Shown: piece after piece, positions 41,582 to 52,111 of the stretch
How positions within the stretch are numbered: the first letter of the stretch is position 1
How the letters are laid out: each line of letters begins with the position of its first letter
Origin: an uncultured Clostridia bacterium
GTDB taxonomy: Bacteria; Bacillota; Clostridia; HGM11327
Assembly: GCA_945918795.1 (NCBI GenBank)
Contig: CAMEIT010000002.1
Coordinates: 42-64,041, forward strand
Length of the DNA stretch: 64,000 bases
Direction: 5' to 3'
Program-made: the position numbers and the translations under genes
The notes under the pieces: model-generated
Told to the model about the DNA's origin: nothing
Seen by the model: the letters and a program-made list of their open reading frames with translations, nothing else
The model's database searches: none

Positions 41582-43024
41582 TTATTCGACGACCTGAACC
41601 TTGAGCAGATTTGTTGTGCCGGACTGATTGAGAGGTACGCCTGCGGTTATAACGACTCTGTCGCCGGAGGATACCATATCGATTTGTTTTGCACAGTCGA
41701 TAGCGTGTCTGAAAAGGCTTTCCTCGTCGTTTTGATTTCTTGCAAGAACCGGGAAGACTCCCCACGAAAGTGAAAGTTGATGGAATGTTTTTATCACCGG
41801 TGTTGCGGCGATAATAGGCTCTATCGGACGGAACTTTGAAACTCTGCGTGCGGTATGTCCGGATTTTGTAACGGCGAGAATTGCTTTCGCCTGAACATCG
41901 CGCGCGGTAGTGCAGGCGGCGTCGCATATTGCGTTTGTTGTTTCACAGCCTCCCGGCTCATATGAGATTCCGGAGTAGGCGTTCATGTCAAATGCGTCCT
42001 TTTCAGCCTGACAAGCTATTTTTGCCATCACCTTTACAACAAGCGCCGGATGATCGCCTATTGCCGTTTCACCCGAAAGCATTACAGCCGATGTGCCGTC
42101 AAACACGGCATTTGCCACGTCCGTTATCTCGGCTCTTGTAGGCGTTGAGGAGTGTATCATGGATTCGAGCATCTGCGTTGCGGTTATTACCATTTTGCCC
42201 GACTGATAGCATTTCCTTATGAATTTTTTCTGGATTCCGGGCAGCTTTTCGTATTCTATCTCGACGCCCATATCTCCTCTTGCCACCATTATTCCGTCGG
42301 AATATCTGAGTATCTCATCAAAATTATTGATACCCTCCATATTTTCTATCTTTGATATTATTTTTATGTTGTGTCCGCCGTAATAATCCATAAACTTTCT
42401 CAAGGATATAACATCCTCCTTGCATCTTACGAATGATGCCGCCACAAAATCAACGTCCATTTCGATTCCGAAGCGTATATCGTCCTCGTCCTGAGCGCTC
42501 AAGTACGGCATATTAAGATGTATGTGCGGAATATTTATTCCCTTTCTGCCCGAAAGCTCGCCGCCGTCAACAACATTGCACACTATATCCGTATCGGTGA
42601 ATGAAACCGCTTCAAGGAGTATTTTTCCGTCGTCTATGAGTATTTTATCTCCTGCCTTAAGCTCCGAGGGGAGAGCCTTGTATGATACGGAAACAATTTT
42701 GTCCGTTCCCTCTATATCGTTTGTTGTGAGGGTGAATTGCTGACCGTTTTTAAGGGTTACCTTTTTGCCGTCCTTGAAAAGACCTATTCTTATTTCGGGA
42801 CCCTTTGTGTCAAGCATTACAGCCGCGGGGAGCTTAAGCTTGTCGCGGACTTTTCTGAACATTTCTATTGATTCCTTGTGGTATTCGTGAGTACCGTGCG
42901 AAAAGTTGAGCCTTGCTATATTCATGCCCTGCAAAAGCATTTCTTCAAGTGTTTTTTCGTTTCTGCTGGCAGGACCGAGCGTACATATTATTTTTGTTTT
43001 TCTTGTGTTTTGCGTTAATTCCAT
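41582..43024 (-). CDS. pyk: Pyruvate kinase
   Basis: N-terminus TKIICTLGPAS...NIARLNFSHG; the MLDTKGPEIR motif is present. 480 aa. Confidence 0.85.
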   Translation of the reverse strand: MELTQNTRKTKIICTLGPASRNEKTLEEMLLQGMNIARLNFSHGTHEYHKESIEMFRKVRDKLKLPAAVMLDTKGPEIRIGLFKDGKKVTLKNGQQFTLTTNDIEGTDKIVSVSYKALPSELKAGDKILIDDGKILLEAVSFTDTDIVCNVVDGGELSGRKGINIPHIHLNMPYLSAQDEDDIRFGIEMDVDFVAASFVRCKEDVISLRKFMDYYGGHNIKIISKIENMEGINNFDEILRYSDGIMVARGDMGVEIEYEKLPGIQKKFIRKCYQSGKMVITATQMLESMIHSSTPTRAEITDVANAVFDGTSAVMLSGETAIGDHPALVVKVMAKIACQAEKDAFDMNAYSGISYEPGGCETTNAICDAACTTARDVQAKAILAVTKSGHTARRVSKFRPIEPIIAATPVIKTFHQLSLSWGVFPVLARNQNDEESLFRHAIDCAKQIDMVSSGDRVVITAGVPLNQSGTTNLLKVQVVE

Positions 43025-43121
43025 AATGTACCTCCGCTTGGTTTATATAAATATTGTATTTCCGGATGTATATGTTACTTTATGTATGTAAATGAAAAGT
43101 ATGTTTTGCGTAAAAATCGCA

Positions 43122-43925
43122 TTAAATGTTTTTGCTTGCGAGAATTTGAGCAAAATCAACGTACTCGGTCCCTGTGCGCTTTATAAGCTCAAATGCTTCC
43201 TCGTATGCAAATCCGAGCTTTTCGGCATTGTGGCAGTCGGATGTGATTGTTACCGTGCCGTTTTTCTCGGCTATGTATCTGAGCATTTCCTCACGTGGAT
43301 AAGGCGTGCTCCTGTAACCTCTGCTTATTGCGCCCGTGTTTACCTCAAATATTCTGCCTGCTTTGATGAGCTCGTCAAGCGCGTCATGCCATAATGATAC
43401 ATATCTGCTGTCATTTTCATCAAACAGCACATAGCCCTCGTTGAATTTTGAGACAAGGTCAAAGTGACCTATTATGTCGCAGTCGGTGATTTTTGCAACA
43501 TTGCCGACTTCACCGAAATAATCATCCGCAAAGGCATAAAAATCGCCGCCGTAATACTCTTTTACCGATGCAACAAGCTTTTCCCGGCTTTCGTCAACGG
43601 GTATATATATTCCGTCTTTTAGTACGTAATGCACGGAGCCTATTATATAATCGGGCCCGAAATTCTGTTCGGGTGCGAAAATATCCTGTTCGATTCCGCA
43701 GTAAATACGTATTTTATCCTTGTATTTGTTTTTTAATTCTCTGACATCGTTTACGTAAAGAGCGGTGTTTTTTCGGCTCATACAATACGACTTGTCAAAA
43801 TCCGTATAGGAGTGCCCCGAAAAGCCTATTGCATCAAAGCCTTTTTCCAAAGCCTTCAAAACAATTTCCTCACACGTATTTTTACCGTCGCAGTAAAGCG
43901 TATGTATATGAAATTCAGATCTCAT
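43122..43925 (-). CDS. PHP-family histidinol-phosphatase-like metal-dependent phosphoesterase
   Basis: N-terminal EFHIHTLYCDGK and HSGHS PHP motifs. Start chosen at MRSEFHIH, which has an AAGGAT RBS. Confidence 0.6.
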   Translation of the reverse strand: MRSEFHIHTLYCDGKNTCEEIVLKALEKGFDAIGFSGHSYTDFDKSYCMSRKNTALYVNDVRELKNKYKDKIRIYCGIEQDIFAPEQNFGPDYIIGSVHYVLKDGIYIPVDESREKLVASVKEYYGGDFYAFADDYFGEVGNVAKITDCDIIGHFDLVSKFNEGYVLFDENDSRYVSLWHDALDELIKAGRIFEVNTGAISRGYRSTPYPREEMLRYIAEKNGTVTITSDCHNAEKLGFAYEEAFELIKRTGTEYVDFAQILASKNI

Positions 43926-43954
43926 AAAATTATCCTTATTCCCGAGTGTATGAC

Positions 43955-44620
43955 TTAATTGTCCGATGAACATATATCAAGGAGTATTTTTTCCGCCTCC
44001 GATGCTGAATGAGCTATAAAATCGGCACCTGCAGCTTTAAGCTCTGCTTCGCTCCCGAAGCCGAACGTCACCCCGATTGACGTCATTGAAAACTCTTTTG
44101 CACCCTCGATATCAAAACGTGTATCGCCTACCATTATGGCTCTTGACGTATCGATGCCGAATCTTTTTATTGCATATCCTATTACATCGGACTTTGTGCG
44201 CCTTGATATATCGTATGTACTTCCCGCAATAAAATCAAAGCAATCCGTTATTTTATGGAAGTCCATCATCTTTTTTACAGTTTCTTCGGGCTTTGAGGTT
44301 GCAATGCCGACAATTGCACCCATAAGACGCAGTTTACATACAAGCTCTCTTATGCCGTCATATATGCGGCTTTCGTACATTCCGAGTGTATGGTAGCGTT
44401 CCCTGTAAAATTCCACTGCTTCAAGCGCCTGTACGTTTGAAAACCTGTAGAACTCACGGAATGAATCGTACAACGGCGGACCTATAAAGCGGTATAAAGC
44501 TTCTTTGTTTTCTTCTTTGATTCCGTATTTTGACAGCGCATATATGACCGAATTTATTATTCCCTCGGAGGAATCCGACACAGTGCCGTCAAAATCAAAC
44601 AATACGTATTTCTTATCCAT
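43955..44620 (-). CDS. HAD-superfamily hydrolase (phosphoglycolate phosphatase-like)
   Basis: Motif I VLFDFDGTVSDS and motif IV MVGDTRFDIEGA. Confidence 0.65.
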   Translation of the reverse strand: MDKKYVLFDFDGTVSDSSEGIINSVIYALSKYGIKEENKEALYRFIGPPLYDSFREFYRFSNVQALEAVEFYRERYHTLGMYESRIYDGIRELVCKLRLMGAIVGIATSKPEETVKKMMDFHKITDCFDFIAGSTYDISRRTKSDVIGYAIKRFGIDTSRAIMVGDTRFDIEGAKEFSMTSIGVTFGFGSEAELKAAGADFIAHSASEAEKILLDICSSDN

Positions 44621-44799
44621 AATTATCCACATAAATAATAAATTTACCGTTTAATTATACTACATTTTGCTCAAAAACACAATACGCATCAAAGTGAGGA
44701 AAATGCTTCCTGCAACGAAAATCAATAAAGTAGCAGTCTGCTATTGACAAAACAATTCTAATTTGCTACAATTTATGTAGATTCAAAATGGGGTAGTGT

Positions 44800-47700
44800 A
44801 TGAAAAAAAGATTTTTATTACTGATATTGCCTTTAACGGTATTTTTATGCTTATTTTCGATAAATTCGATGCAGAGCTCATCTGCCGGGACTGTGACGGT
44901 TCAATTTGAATTGGAATCAACGGAGTACGCAAAGCCGGGGGATGAAATTCAACTGAAAATATATGCAAATGTTTCGGGAAGCAAGCTTGCCGCCTTTGAC
45001 TTTGCAATCAATTATAATTCGTCTTTGCTCGAGCCGAAGCATGATGAGTTCGGTGAGTACGCTTATGACGATGACTTTTTCAATTCCCTTGCAAACAGTA
45101 AAAATGTAAGCAGCTATGTTGAAGAAAACGGTACGGGGGTACTGCAAGCTTTATACGCTGCAAGCAGTCTTGAGGCTACATATGTTCCCGAGGGGAAAAC
45201 GCTCTTATATACGTGCTATTTTGTCGTAAAGGCTACTGCATCAGACGGAACGGCAGCTTTCTCGTTGTCGAATCCGGCAGCAAGCTATCGTAGCTCGGGA
45301 GGAAGTCTGACAGCTGTGCCCTCAGGCGACATTACATCGACAACTGCGGCAACGACCGTAAAAAATGAGCTCTCATCGGACAATAATCTCGGCTCGTTAA
45401 CAGTAAGTACGGGCACACTTTCGCCTTCTTTTGACCCCTCTGTAACATCATATACCGTAAATGTGCCGTATGCGACATCGTCAATAACGCTTACCGCTTC
45501 GGCAAATGACGCGCTTTCCACTGTTGTGGGTGCCGGCACAAAGACGCTTGAAGTCGGTGACAATTCTTTTGATATTACGGTTACGGCGCAAAACGGAACA
45601 AAAAAGGTTTATACAGTGACGGTAAACAGAAAAGCCGCTTCAACAGACAACACTTTGCAGTCGTTGACAGTAAGCGAGGGCGCGCTTTCGCCGACATTTG
45701 ATCCGTCTGAAACCGTATATAATGTAACAGTGCCGTACGAGATAACTTCAATAACACTTGCGGCAACGGCAAACGATATACTTTCCACTGTTGCGGGTAC
45801 AGGCACAAAGAACCTTAATATCGGAAATAATTCTTTTGCAATAACGGTCACAGCCGAAAACGGTACTCAAAAGATATACACTGTAAACGTAACAAGAGAA
45901 AAGTGTACCGATAATACTCTGAAGTTGCTTACTGTAAGCGGAGGTACTTTAACTCCGTCATTCAGCCCGTCTGAAACCGTATATAATGTAACAGTGCCGT
46001 ATGAAACAGACAGCATAACTATTACTGCTGAAAAAAATCACGACACGGCAACCGTTACCGGTGCAGGCGTAAAGAGCCTTGCAGTCGGAAGCAATTCTTT
46101 TGAGATAACAGTAACAGCCCAAAACGGTGCACAAAAGAAATACACATTAAATGTTACGAGAGAAAAGTGTGCAGATAACACACTCAAATCGCTTTCGGTA
46201 AGCGGATACCAGCTGGAGCCGTCGTTTGATAAGTCAGTGCTTGAATACGTACTGAGAGTGCCGTATGAGCTTGGCAGTATAACAATATCGGCAGAGAAAA
46301 ATCACAGTACGGCAACACTGACGGGTACGGGAACAATGACACTGCCCGAGTCGGGAAGCACTGTTTTCTCTGTGAAGGTAACAGCACAGAACTCAAATGT
46401 AAAGGAGTATAAAATAACCGTCATCAAAGCGGACCCTTCAACGGATAACACACTGAAGTCGCTTACAACAAACACGGGTACATGGGATAAGGTGTTCAGC
46501 CCGTCTCAGACATCATACGTTGTTACAGTGCCGTATGCCACATCAAGCATAACGCTCTCGGCAACTGTAAATGATGTGCTTTCAACGGCAACAGGCATGG
46601 GCACAAAGACGCTTGTAGTTGGGAACAATACTTTTGAAATAACCGTTACCGCGCAAAGCGGCGATAAAAAGGTATACACCGTTACAGTCAACCGTAAGGC
46701 GGCATCAACGGATAACACGCTCAAATCGCTCACAACGAATACAGGCTCATGGGATAAGGCATTCAACCCGTCCGAAACATCATATAAAGTGACGGTGCCG
46801 TATACGACGTCGGGCATAACGATTACTGCCGCCGTAAATGACGCACTTTCAACTGTTACGGGCGCAGGAAACAAGAGCCTTAATGTAGGTGATAATTCTT
46901 TTGCAATTACGGTAAAGGCTGAAAGCGGCGCTCAAAAGCAATACACTGTAACAGTAACAAGAGAAAAGTGTACGGATAATACACTCAAGTCGCTTTCTGT
47001 AAACGGATATACATTAACTCCGTCATTCAGTCCGTCTGTATCGGAATATAAGCTTAACGTGCCTTATGTGGTAAACAGTATAACTATTTCGGCACAGGCA
47101 AATCATGCCACTGCAACGGTATCGGGCATAGGCACAAAGACGCTTGCTGTCGGAGAGAATACTTTTGCAATAACAGTGACGGCACAAAACGGCACAACAA
47201 AGGTATACACTATTATCGTAACACGCAAAGCGGCATCAACGGATAATAATCTCAAATCATTGACAATAAATACGGGTACGCTTTTGCCGTCATTCAGCCC
47301 GTCTGAAACATCATACGAGGTAACAGTGCCGTATGCCGTATCGAGCATAACGCTCAATGCCGAGGTAAACGATGCACTTTCAACACTTTCGGGCACGGGT
47401 ACGAAAGAGCTTTCAGTCGGGGAAAATGTGTTTGAAATAACGGTTACGGCTCAAAACGGAGCAAAAAAGGTTTATACCGTGACTGTAACGAGGCAAAATG
47501 CTTCAACGGATAATAACTTGAAGTCTCTCACAACGAATACGGGCGAATGGGACAACGCATTTGACCCCGAGCTGACTTCATACATTGTCAGAGTGCCTTA
47601 TGCCGTAACAAGCATAACGCTCAATGCTGTTGTAAACGATGCACTTTCAACACTTTCGGGCGCAGGCGCAAAAGAGCTTTCAGTCGGGGAAAATGTATTT

Positions 47701-50052
47701 GAAATAACGGTTACGTCAGAGGACGGCTCCGATAAAACGTATACCGTAACGGTAAACAGAGACGAACCGTCATCGGATTCGTCGCTCAAATCGATAGCGC
47801 CGTCGGCAGGCACGCTCACACCCGAGTTTGACCCTGAAATAACGGTGTATGATGTGACTGTCGGATATAAGAATGAAACGATTCAGTTTGATTGGGAAAC
47901 GAGCAATCCGGGCGCAAATGTGTTTATAACGGGGGATGATTACCTGGAAGCGGGCGATGTAACGGTATTTACAATAACCGTAATTGCAGAGGACGGCAGC
48001 AGTACATTCTACATAATAAATGTCACCCGTCTCTTGCAGTCAGACGATGCTTCACTGTCCTCGCTTGAGGTTGGCGGCACAAGGCTCAATTTTGACCCCG
48101 AAATAACAGACTATGATGTAGGTGTTCCCGAGGGAATAAAAACAGCAGATATACAATTCACGGTACGTGATGAAAACGCTTCGGCTGTACTTGAGGGAGA
48201 CGTTAATCTTGACAGTGATAAGCCAAACGTGTTCACAATAACCGTTACCGCGGAAAACGGCAACACCAAGGTATATACCATAATAATATCATACAGAGAA
48301 ATTGAATCCGACTCGTCATTGACATCTCTTACCGACAGCACGGGCACCTTGGAGTTTATTCGCGATATAAAGAATTACAGCATAAAAGTGCCGTATTCTA
48401 CCGATGTAATTGAGTTTGAGTACACACTCGGCGGAAAATATGCAACATCCGTACTTGAAGGACCGGAAATGCTTGAGGCAGGAACCGAAAACGAATACAG
48501 ACTGACTGTAATTGCGGAGGATTCTTCGTTTACGGTATATACGATTACGGTATACAGAATGCCTGCTTCCGAGGATTCGGCGCTTAAGTATTTGTCTGTC
48601 AAAGGATATGACATGACGCCTGAGTTTGACCCGGGAGTCACAATATATGATGTGTATATTCCATATTCGGCTGTAACGGCTGTTGTCGAATTTGAGCCGA
48701 ATCATCAGTTTGCAAGCGTTGAGTACAATGCTCCGGATGAGCTTGTTCCGGGTGAAATAAATATATTCACCGTAAGAGTTATTTCCGAAAGCGGAAACGC
48801 AACATTGTATACAATAAGAGTGTTTAGAGACGTTATTTCCGATGATTCATCACTTTCCGAGCTTAAACTCAAAAATGCAGTGCTTGAACCGGAATTTGCA
48901 CCTGACGAGGTAAATTATACGGCGTCTGTACCGTACAGTGTGGCGGTTGCGGAATTTGAATACAAAGCATCTCATATGGGTTCGGATGTTATTATATCGG
49001 GACCTGACGAGCTTGCAGTCGGAGAAAATATTTACAAGATAGTTGTCAAGGCGGAAACGGGCGCACAGACGATATATACGGTTACGATAACAAGGGCTGA
49101 AATGGAAAGCGATTCAACGCTCAAAACGCTTGTTCCGAGCGTGGGCGAGATCGAATTCGATCCTCTTGTTACGGAATACAATATTACACTTGACTGCTTT
49201 ACCGAATTAATAACATTCGAGTATGAGGCAAGCGGTATGTATGCGAGCGTGACATTTAACGGCAATGAAAATCTTACACAGGGAGAAACGAACGTTTTTG
49301 TCATAAGCGTAATAGCTGAGGACGGCTCTCGGACTGATTACACTGTAAATGTGTTCAGGGAGATGATTTCAAGCGACAGCTCTGCCGCAAAGATAACGGT
49401 TATGGGCAAGGAGCTTGACTTGTCATCCGGCAGGAGAGAGTTCTTGATAGATGTTTCGTACGATACCGAAAGGGCAGAGGTTGTTGCGTGGGCAAATGAC
49501 AGCAAGTCAAGCGTTGAAATAAAAAGAGAACGCGAAACACTTGCTATCGGAGAAAACGTAATCACTGTAATAATTACGGCTCAGGACAAGAGCGTTACCG
49601 AATATAAAATAAAAATATTGCGTGATGCCGGTTCAAGCAATGCGTACCTTGAAAAGCTTGAGCCTGAAAACGGAAGCTTCAACGAAGCCTTTGAGGCAAA
49701 CAAGCTCAATTACACTATGACGGTAGGCCAGGAAATAGATAAGCTTGTATTGATTATAAAGCCTGCTCATGAAAAAGCTGTTTTTGAAGTATCGGATACA
49801 AAGCTTGAGTTTGGTGAGAATGTAATTACAATAACGGTAACGTCCGAAAACGGGAATACGGTACTGTACAAGGTACGTGTTATGAGACAGAAGGATTCAT
49901 TCTGGAAAATGATTACGAGTAACACGATATTTACGGTAGGCGGATTCGGCATAACGATATTCATGTTTGTTGCGGCGGCGCTTGCAGTTATCGTGATATG
50001 CGTTGTGATACTTATAATAGTAAAGGTACGTTCGTCAAAGGATAGGAAATAA
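44800..50052 (+). CDS. Large cell-surface protein with a signal peptide, an N-terminal cohesin-like domain, ~17 tandem cadherin-like beta-sandwich repeats and a C-terminal TM anchor
   Basis: 1750 aa. Signal peptide MKKRFLLLILPLTVFLCLFS. The N-terminal domain is cohesin-like (AAFDFAINYNSSLLEP). ~90-aa units recur with ~270-bp periodicity (LSSLTVSTGTLSPSFDPSVTSYTVNVPYATSSITLTA...YTVTVNR). C-terminal TM FGITIFMFVAAALAVIVICVVILII followed by a KVRSSKDRK tail. Confidence 0.7.
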   Translation: MKKRFLLLILPLTVFLCLFSINSMQSSSAGTVTVQFELESTEYAKPGDEIQLKIYANVSGSKLAAFDFAINYNSSLLEPKHDEFGEYAYDDDFFNSLANSKNVSSYVEENGTGVLQALYAASSLEATYVPEGKTLLYTCYFVVKATASDGTAAFSLSNPAASYRSSGGSLTAVPSGDITSTTAATTVKNELSSDNNLGSLTVSTGTLSPSFDPSVTSYTVNVPYATSSITLTASANDALSTVVGAGTKTLEVGDNSFDITVTAQNGTKKVYTVTVNRKAASTDNTLQSLTVSEGALSPTFDPSETVYNVTVPYEITSITLAATANDILSTVAGTGTKNLNIGNNSFAITVTAENGTQKIYTVNVTREKCTDNTLKLLTVSGGTLTPSFSPSETVYNVTVPYETDSITITAEKNHDTATVTGAGVKSLAVGSNSFEITVTAQNGAQKKYTLNVTREKCADNTLKSLSVSGYQLEPSFDKSVLEYVLRVPYELGSITISAEKNHSTATLTGTGTMTLPESGSTVFSVKVTAQNSNVKEYKITVIKADPSTDNTLKSLTTNTGTWDKVFSPSQTSYVVTVPYATSSITLSATVNDVLSTATGMGTKTLVVGNNTFEITVTAQSGDKKVYTVTVNRKAASTDNTLKSLTTNTGSWDKAFNPSETSYKVTVPYTTSGITITAAVNDALSTVTGAGNKSLNVGDNSFAITVKAESGAQKQYTVTVTREKCTDNTLKSLSVNGYTLTPSFSPSVSEYKLNVPYVVNSITISAQANHATATVSGIGTKTLAVGENTFAITVTAQNGTTKVYTIIVTRKAASTDNNLKSLTINTGTLLPSFSPSETSYEVTVPYAVSSITLNAEVNDALSTLSGTGTKELSVGENVFEITVTAQNGAKKVYTVTVTRQNASTDNNLKSLTTNTGEWDNAFDPELTSYIVRVPYAVTSITLNAVVNDALSTLSGAGAKELSVGENVFEITVTSEDGSDKTYTVTVNRDEPSSDSSLKSIAPSAGTLTPEFDPEITVYDVTVGYKNETIQFDWETSNPGANVFITGDDYLEAGDVTVFTITVIAEDGSSTFYIINVTRLLQSDDASLSSLEVGGTRLNFDPEITDYDVGVPEGIKTADIQFTVRDENASAVLEGDVNLDSDKPNVFTITVTAENGNTKVYTIIISYREIESDSSLTSLTDSTGTLEFIRDIKNYSIKVPYSTDVIEFEYTLGGKYATSVLEGPEMLEAGTENEYRLTVIAEDSSFTVYTITVYRMPASEDSALKYLSVKGYDMTPEFDPGVTIYDVYIPYSAVTAVVEFEPNHQFASVEYNAPDELVPGEINIFTVRVISESGNATLYTIRVFRDVISDDSSLSELKLKNAVLEPEFAPDEVNYTASVPYSVAVAEFEYKASHMGSDVIISGPDELAVGENIYKIVVKAETGAQTIYTVTITRAEMESDSTLKTLVPSVGEIEFDPLVTEYNITLDCFTELITFEYEASGMYASVTFNGNENLTQGETNVFVISVIAEDGSRTDYTVNVFREMISSDSSAAKITVMGKELDLSSGRREFLIDVSYDTERAEVVAWANDSKSSVEIKRERETLAIGENVITVIITAQDKSVTEYKIKILRDAGSSNAYLEKLEPENGSFNEAFEANKLNYTMTVGQEIDKLVLIIKPAHEKAVFEVSDTKLEFGENVITITVTSENGNTVLYKVRVMRQKDSFWKMITSNTIFTVGGFGITIFMFVAAALAVIVICVVILIIVKVRSSKDRK

Positions 50053-50078
50053 ATGCACATTAAAGGTGAGGTTGATAT

Positions 50079-52019
50079 ATGGATATTGAATTGATGTCTG
50101 AGGCAAGTGTGAGATATTATTACTGCATGAATACGCAGTTAAAAGATCATATCTACAAGAGAGCACAGAATTATTTTGACGCGGCGAAAAAAACACGTTC
50201 CGAAATATATGTAAAAGAACAGCTTGAGGAATACAACAGGAAGCAGCGTGAGAAATTTATAAACGGTATAGGCGGTATAGCGTGGGACAGAGCGCCTCTT
50301 GATGCAAAGATCACGTCCGTTAAAGAATACGAGCATTATAATATAGAGAATATAATTTTCTGCTCACGAAAAGATACGTATGTAACCGGCTCGATGTATA
50401 TTCCGCACGGTTTGACAAAGCCTACGGGAGCGGTTCTCTTCCTGCACGGTCATTCTGCCGACACGCGCCATTATCCGGCGTATCAGTCTGCCTGCGACAC
50501 TCTTGCAAGAGCGGGACTTATAGTTTTTGCAATAGACCCCGTCGGTCAGGGCGAAAGGGTAAGCTACTTTGACAGCGAGAAAGGCGAATACATAATTCCG
50601 CCTTGCACGGATGACCATGATTGCGCGGGTGTGCCTGCCGTTGCAACGGGAAAATTTATACAGCGTTATTTCTTAAGCGATGAGATGCGCGCTGTTGATT
50701 ATATGCTTACAAGACCCGAAATCGATCCCAAGAAAATAGGCGTTACGGGAAATTCGGGCGGAGGAACACAGACAATGGCAATGATGGCGGCTGATGACAG
50801 AATAGCTGCCGCGGCGCCTGCAACGTTTGTAACGAGCAGAGAGGCGTATATGTATTCGGGAGAGCCGCAGGACTCGGAGCAGATATGGTACGGAATAACC
50901 GAAGCCGGATACGACCACATAAATCCGATAATGAATTTTGCACCGAAGCCGCTTGCGATACTCACGGTTAATTACGATTTTTTTGCATTGGAGGGCACAA
51001 GAGATACCGTTATTGAAGCACAAAGATTTTATGATATGTATGGAAAACGCGAGAATCTTTATTGGTTCCGCGATGACGCACTGCATGAATATACGCCGTA
51101 TCTCCAAAGGTGTGCTGCAAAATTCTTTGCAAAGCATCTGCTCGGCAAGGACGTGGAAATAGATAACAGTCTGTATGAAATGAAGCCTATTGAGGTTTTC
51201 TACAACACAAAGTCGGGCAGAGTAAGAGGCGAGATAGAGGGCGCGAGATTCTTATACGATGAGAATAACGATGTGGCACGGAATCAATTTGATGAGAGAC
51301 ATTCGCTTCCGGGAGCGGCAAGGCTTATTGAGGCTGAGGCATGGCTCAGAGAAAAGGTGTATGCAAACAGGATTCCGTATGACTTCTTCATAAGAAAGCT
51401 CGAAACATACAAAACCGAAAAATATATAACCGCACCTATATTCTGGCATTCTCAGAAGGATCTTTTTAATTTTGCTTTCCTGATACGCGCGACTGAAAAT
51501 GAATCGAAGCGCCTGCCCGTAATAGTTGCCGTTTGGGAGGACGGAACGAAAAAAATCGCCGAACATGAGGAATGGATAGCACAAAAGTGCTCGGAAGGCT
51601 ACGAGGTAATGGTGCTTGACGTGAGCGGAGTAGGCTATATTCAGGCGGACAAAATTAATACCCATGATATAAAGGCAAAATACGGAACAATGTACAAGCT
51701 CTGCTCGGATCTTTTGTATATGGGCGACAGCATGACGGCACTGAGAAGCTATGATGTTCTGCGCGCCGTCGATATGCTTAATGAGGTTTACGGACTCGAA
51801 TACGGTGAAATCACGATTTACTGCGAGAGCAAATACGGAGTATACGGAATGATTGCGGCGTTCCTGAATAGGGAAACGGGCGTTATTTATGGGGACGACT
51901 TGCTTGAAAACGTATTCGAGCAGGAAATAAAGCCTTTTGCAAAGGCATATTATGACGATCTTGCCGTATTGATGCCGGGAATGCTCAAATATTTTGACTA
52001 TGACGAGCTGAAACGGTAA
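50079..52019 (+). CDS. Alpha/beta-hydrolase (acetyl-xylan-esterase/AXE1-like N-terminal domain), 646 aa
   Basis: GxSxG nucleophile elbow GVTGNSGGG, and a dienelactone/AXE1-like region after LFLHGHSAD. Confidence 0.5.
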   Translation: MDIELMSEASVRYYYCMNTQLKDHIYKRAQNYFDAAKKTRSEIYVKEQLEEYNRKQREKFINGIGGIAWDRAPLDAKITSVKEYEHYNIENIIFCSRKDTYVTGSMYIPHGLTKPTGAVLFLHGHSADTRHYPAYQSACDTLARAGLIVFAIDPVGQGERVSYFDSEKGEYIIPPCTDDHDCAGVPAVATGKFIQRYFLSDEMRAVDYMLTRPEIDPKKIGVTGNSGGGTQTMAMMAADDRIAAAAPATFVTSREAYMYSGEPQDSEQIWYGITEAGYDHINPIMNFAPKPLAILTVNYDFFALEGTRDTVIEAQRFYDMYGKRENLYWFRDDALHEYTPYLQRCAAKFFAKHLLGKDVEIDNSLYEMKPIEVFYNTKSGRVRGEIEGARFLYDENNDVARNQFDERHSLPGAARLIEAEAWLREKVYANRIPYDFFIRKLETYKTEKYITAPIFWHSQKDLFNFAFLIRATENESKRLPVIVAVWEDGTKKIAEHEEWIAQKCSEGYEVMVLDVSGVGYIQADKINTHDIKAKYGTMYKLCSDLLYMGDSMTALRSYDVLRAVDMLNEVYGLEYGEITIYCESKYGVYGMIAAFLNRETGVIYGDDLLENVFEQEIKPFAKAYYDDLAVLMPGMLKYFDYDELKR

Positions 52020-52111
52020 ATACAATAAAACATCATGAAAAAGAAACAAGCTGCACTGTATAATACGGTGCAGCTTGCTTTACATATAATAATTTTCCGG
52101 GGAGAAAAGTA

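Noticed and set aside
51252-52049. 265-aa ORF antisense to the alpha/beta-hydrolase gene, and the 154-aa ORF at 50673-51137.
   Set aside because: Both are fully embedded antisense in a gene that has clear catalytic motifs. The translations are Cys/Arg-rich with no domains.
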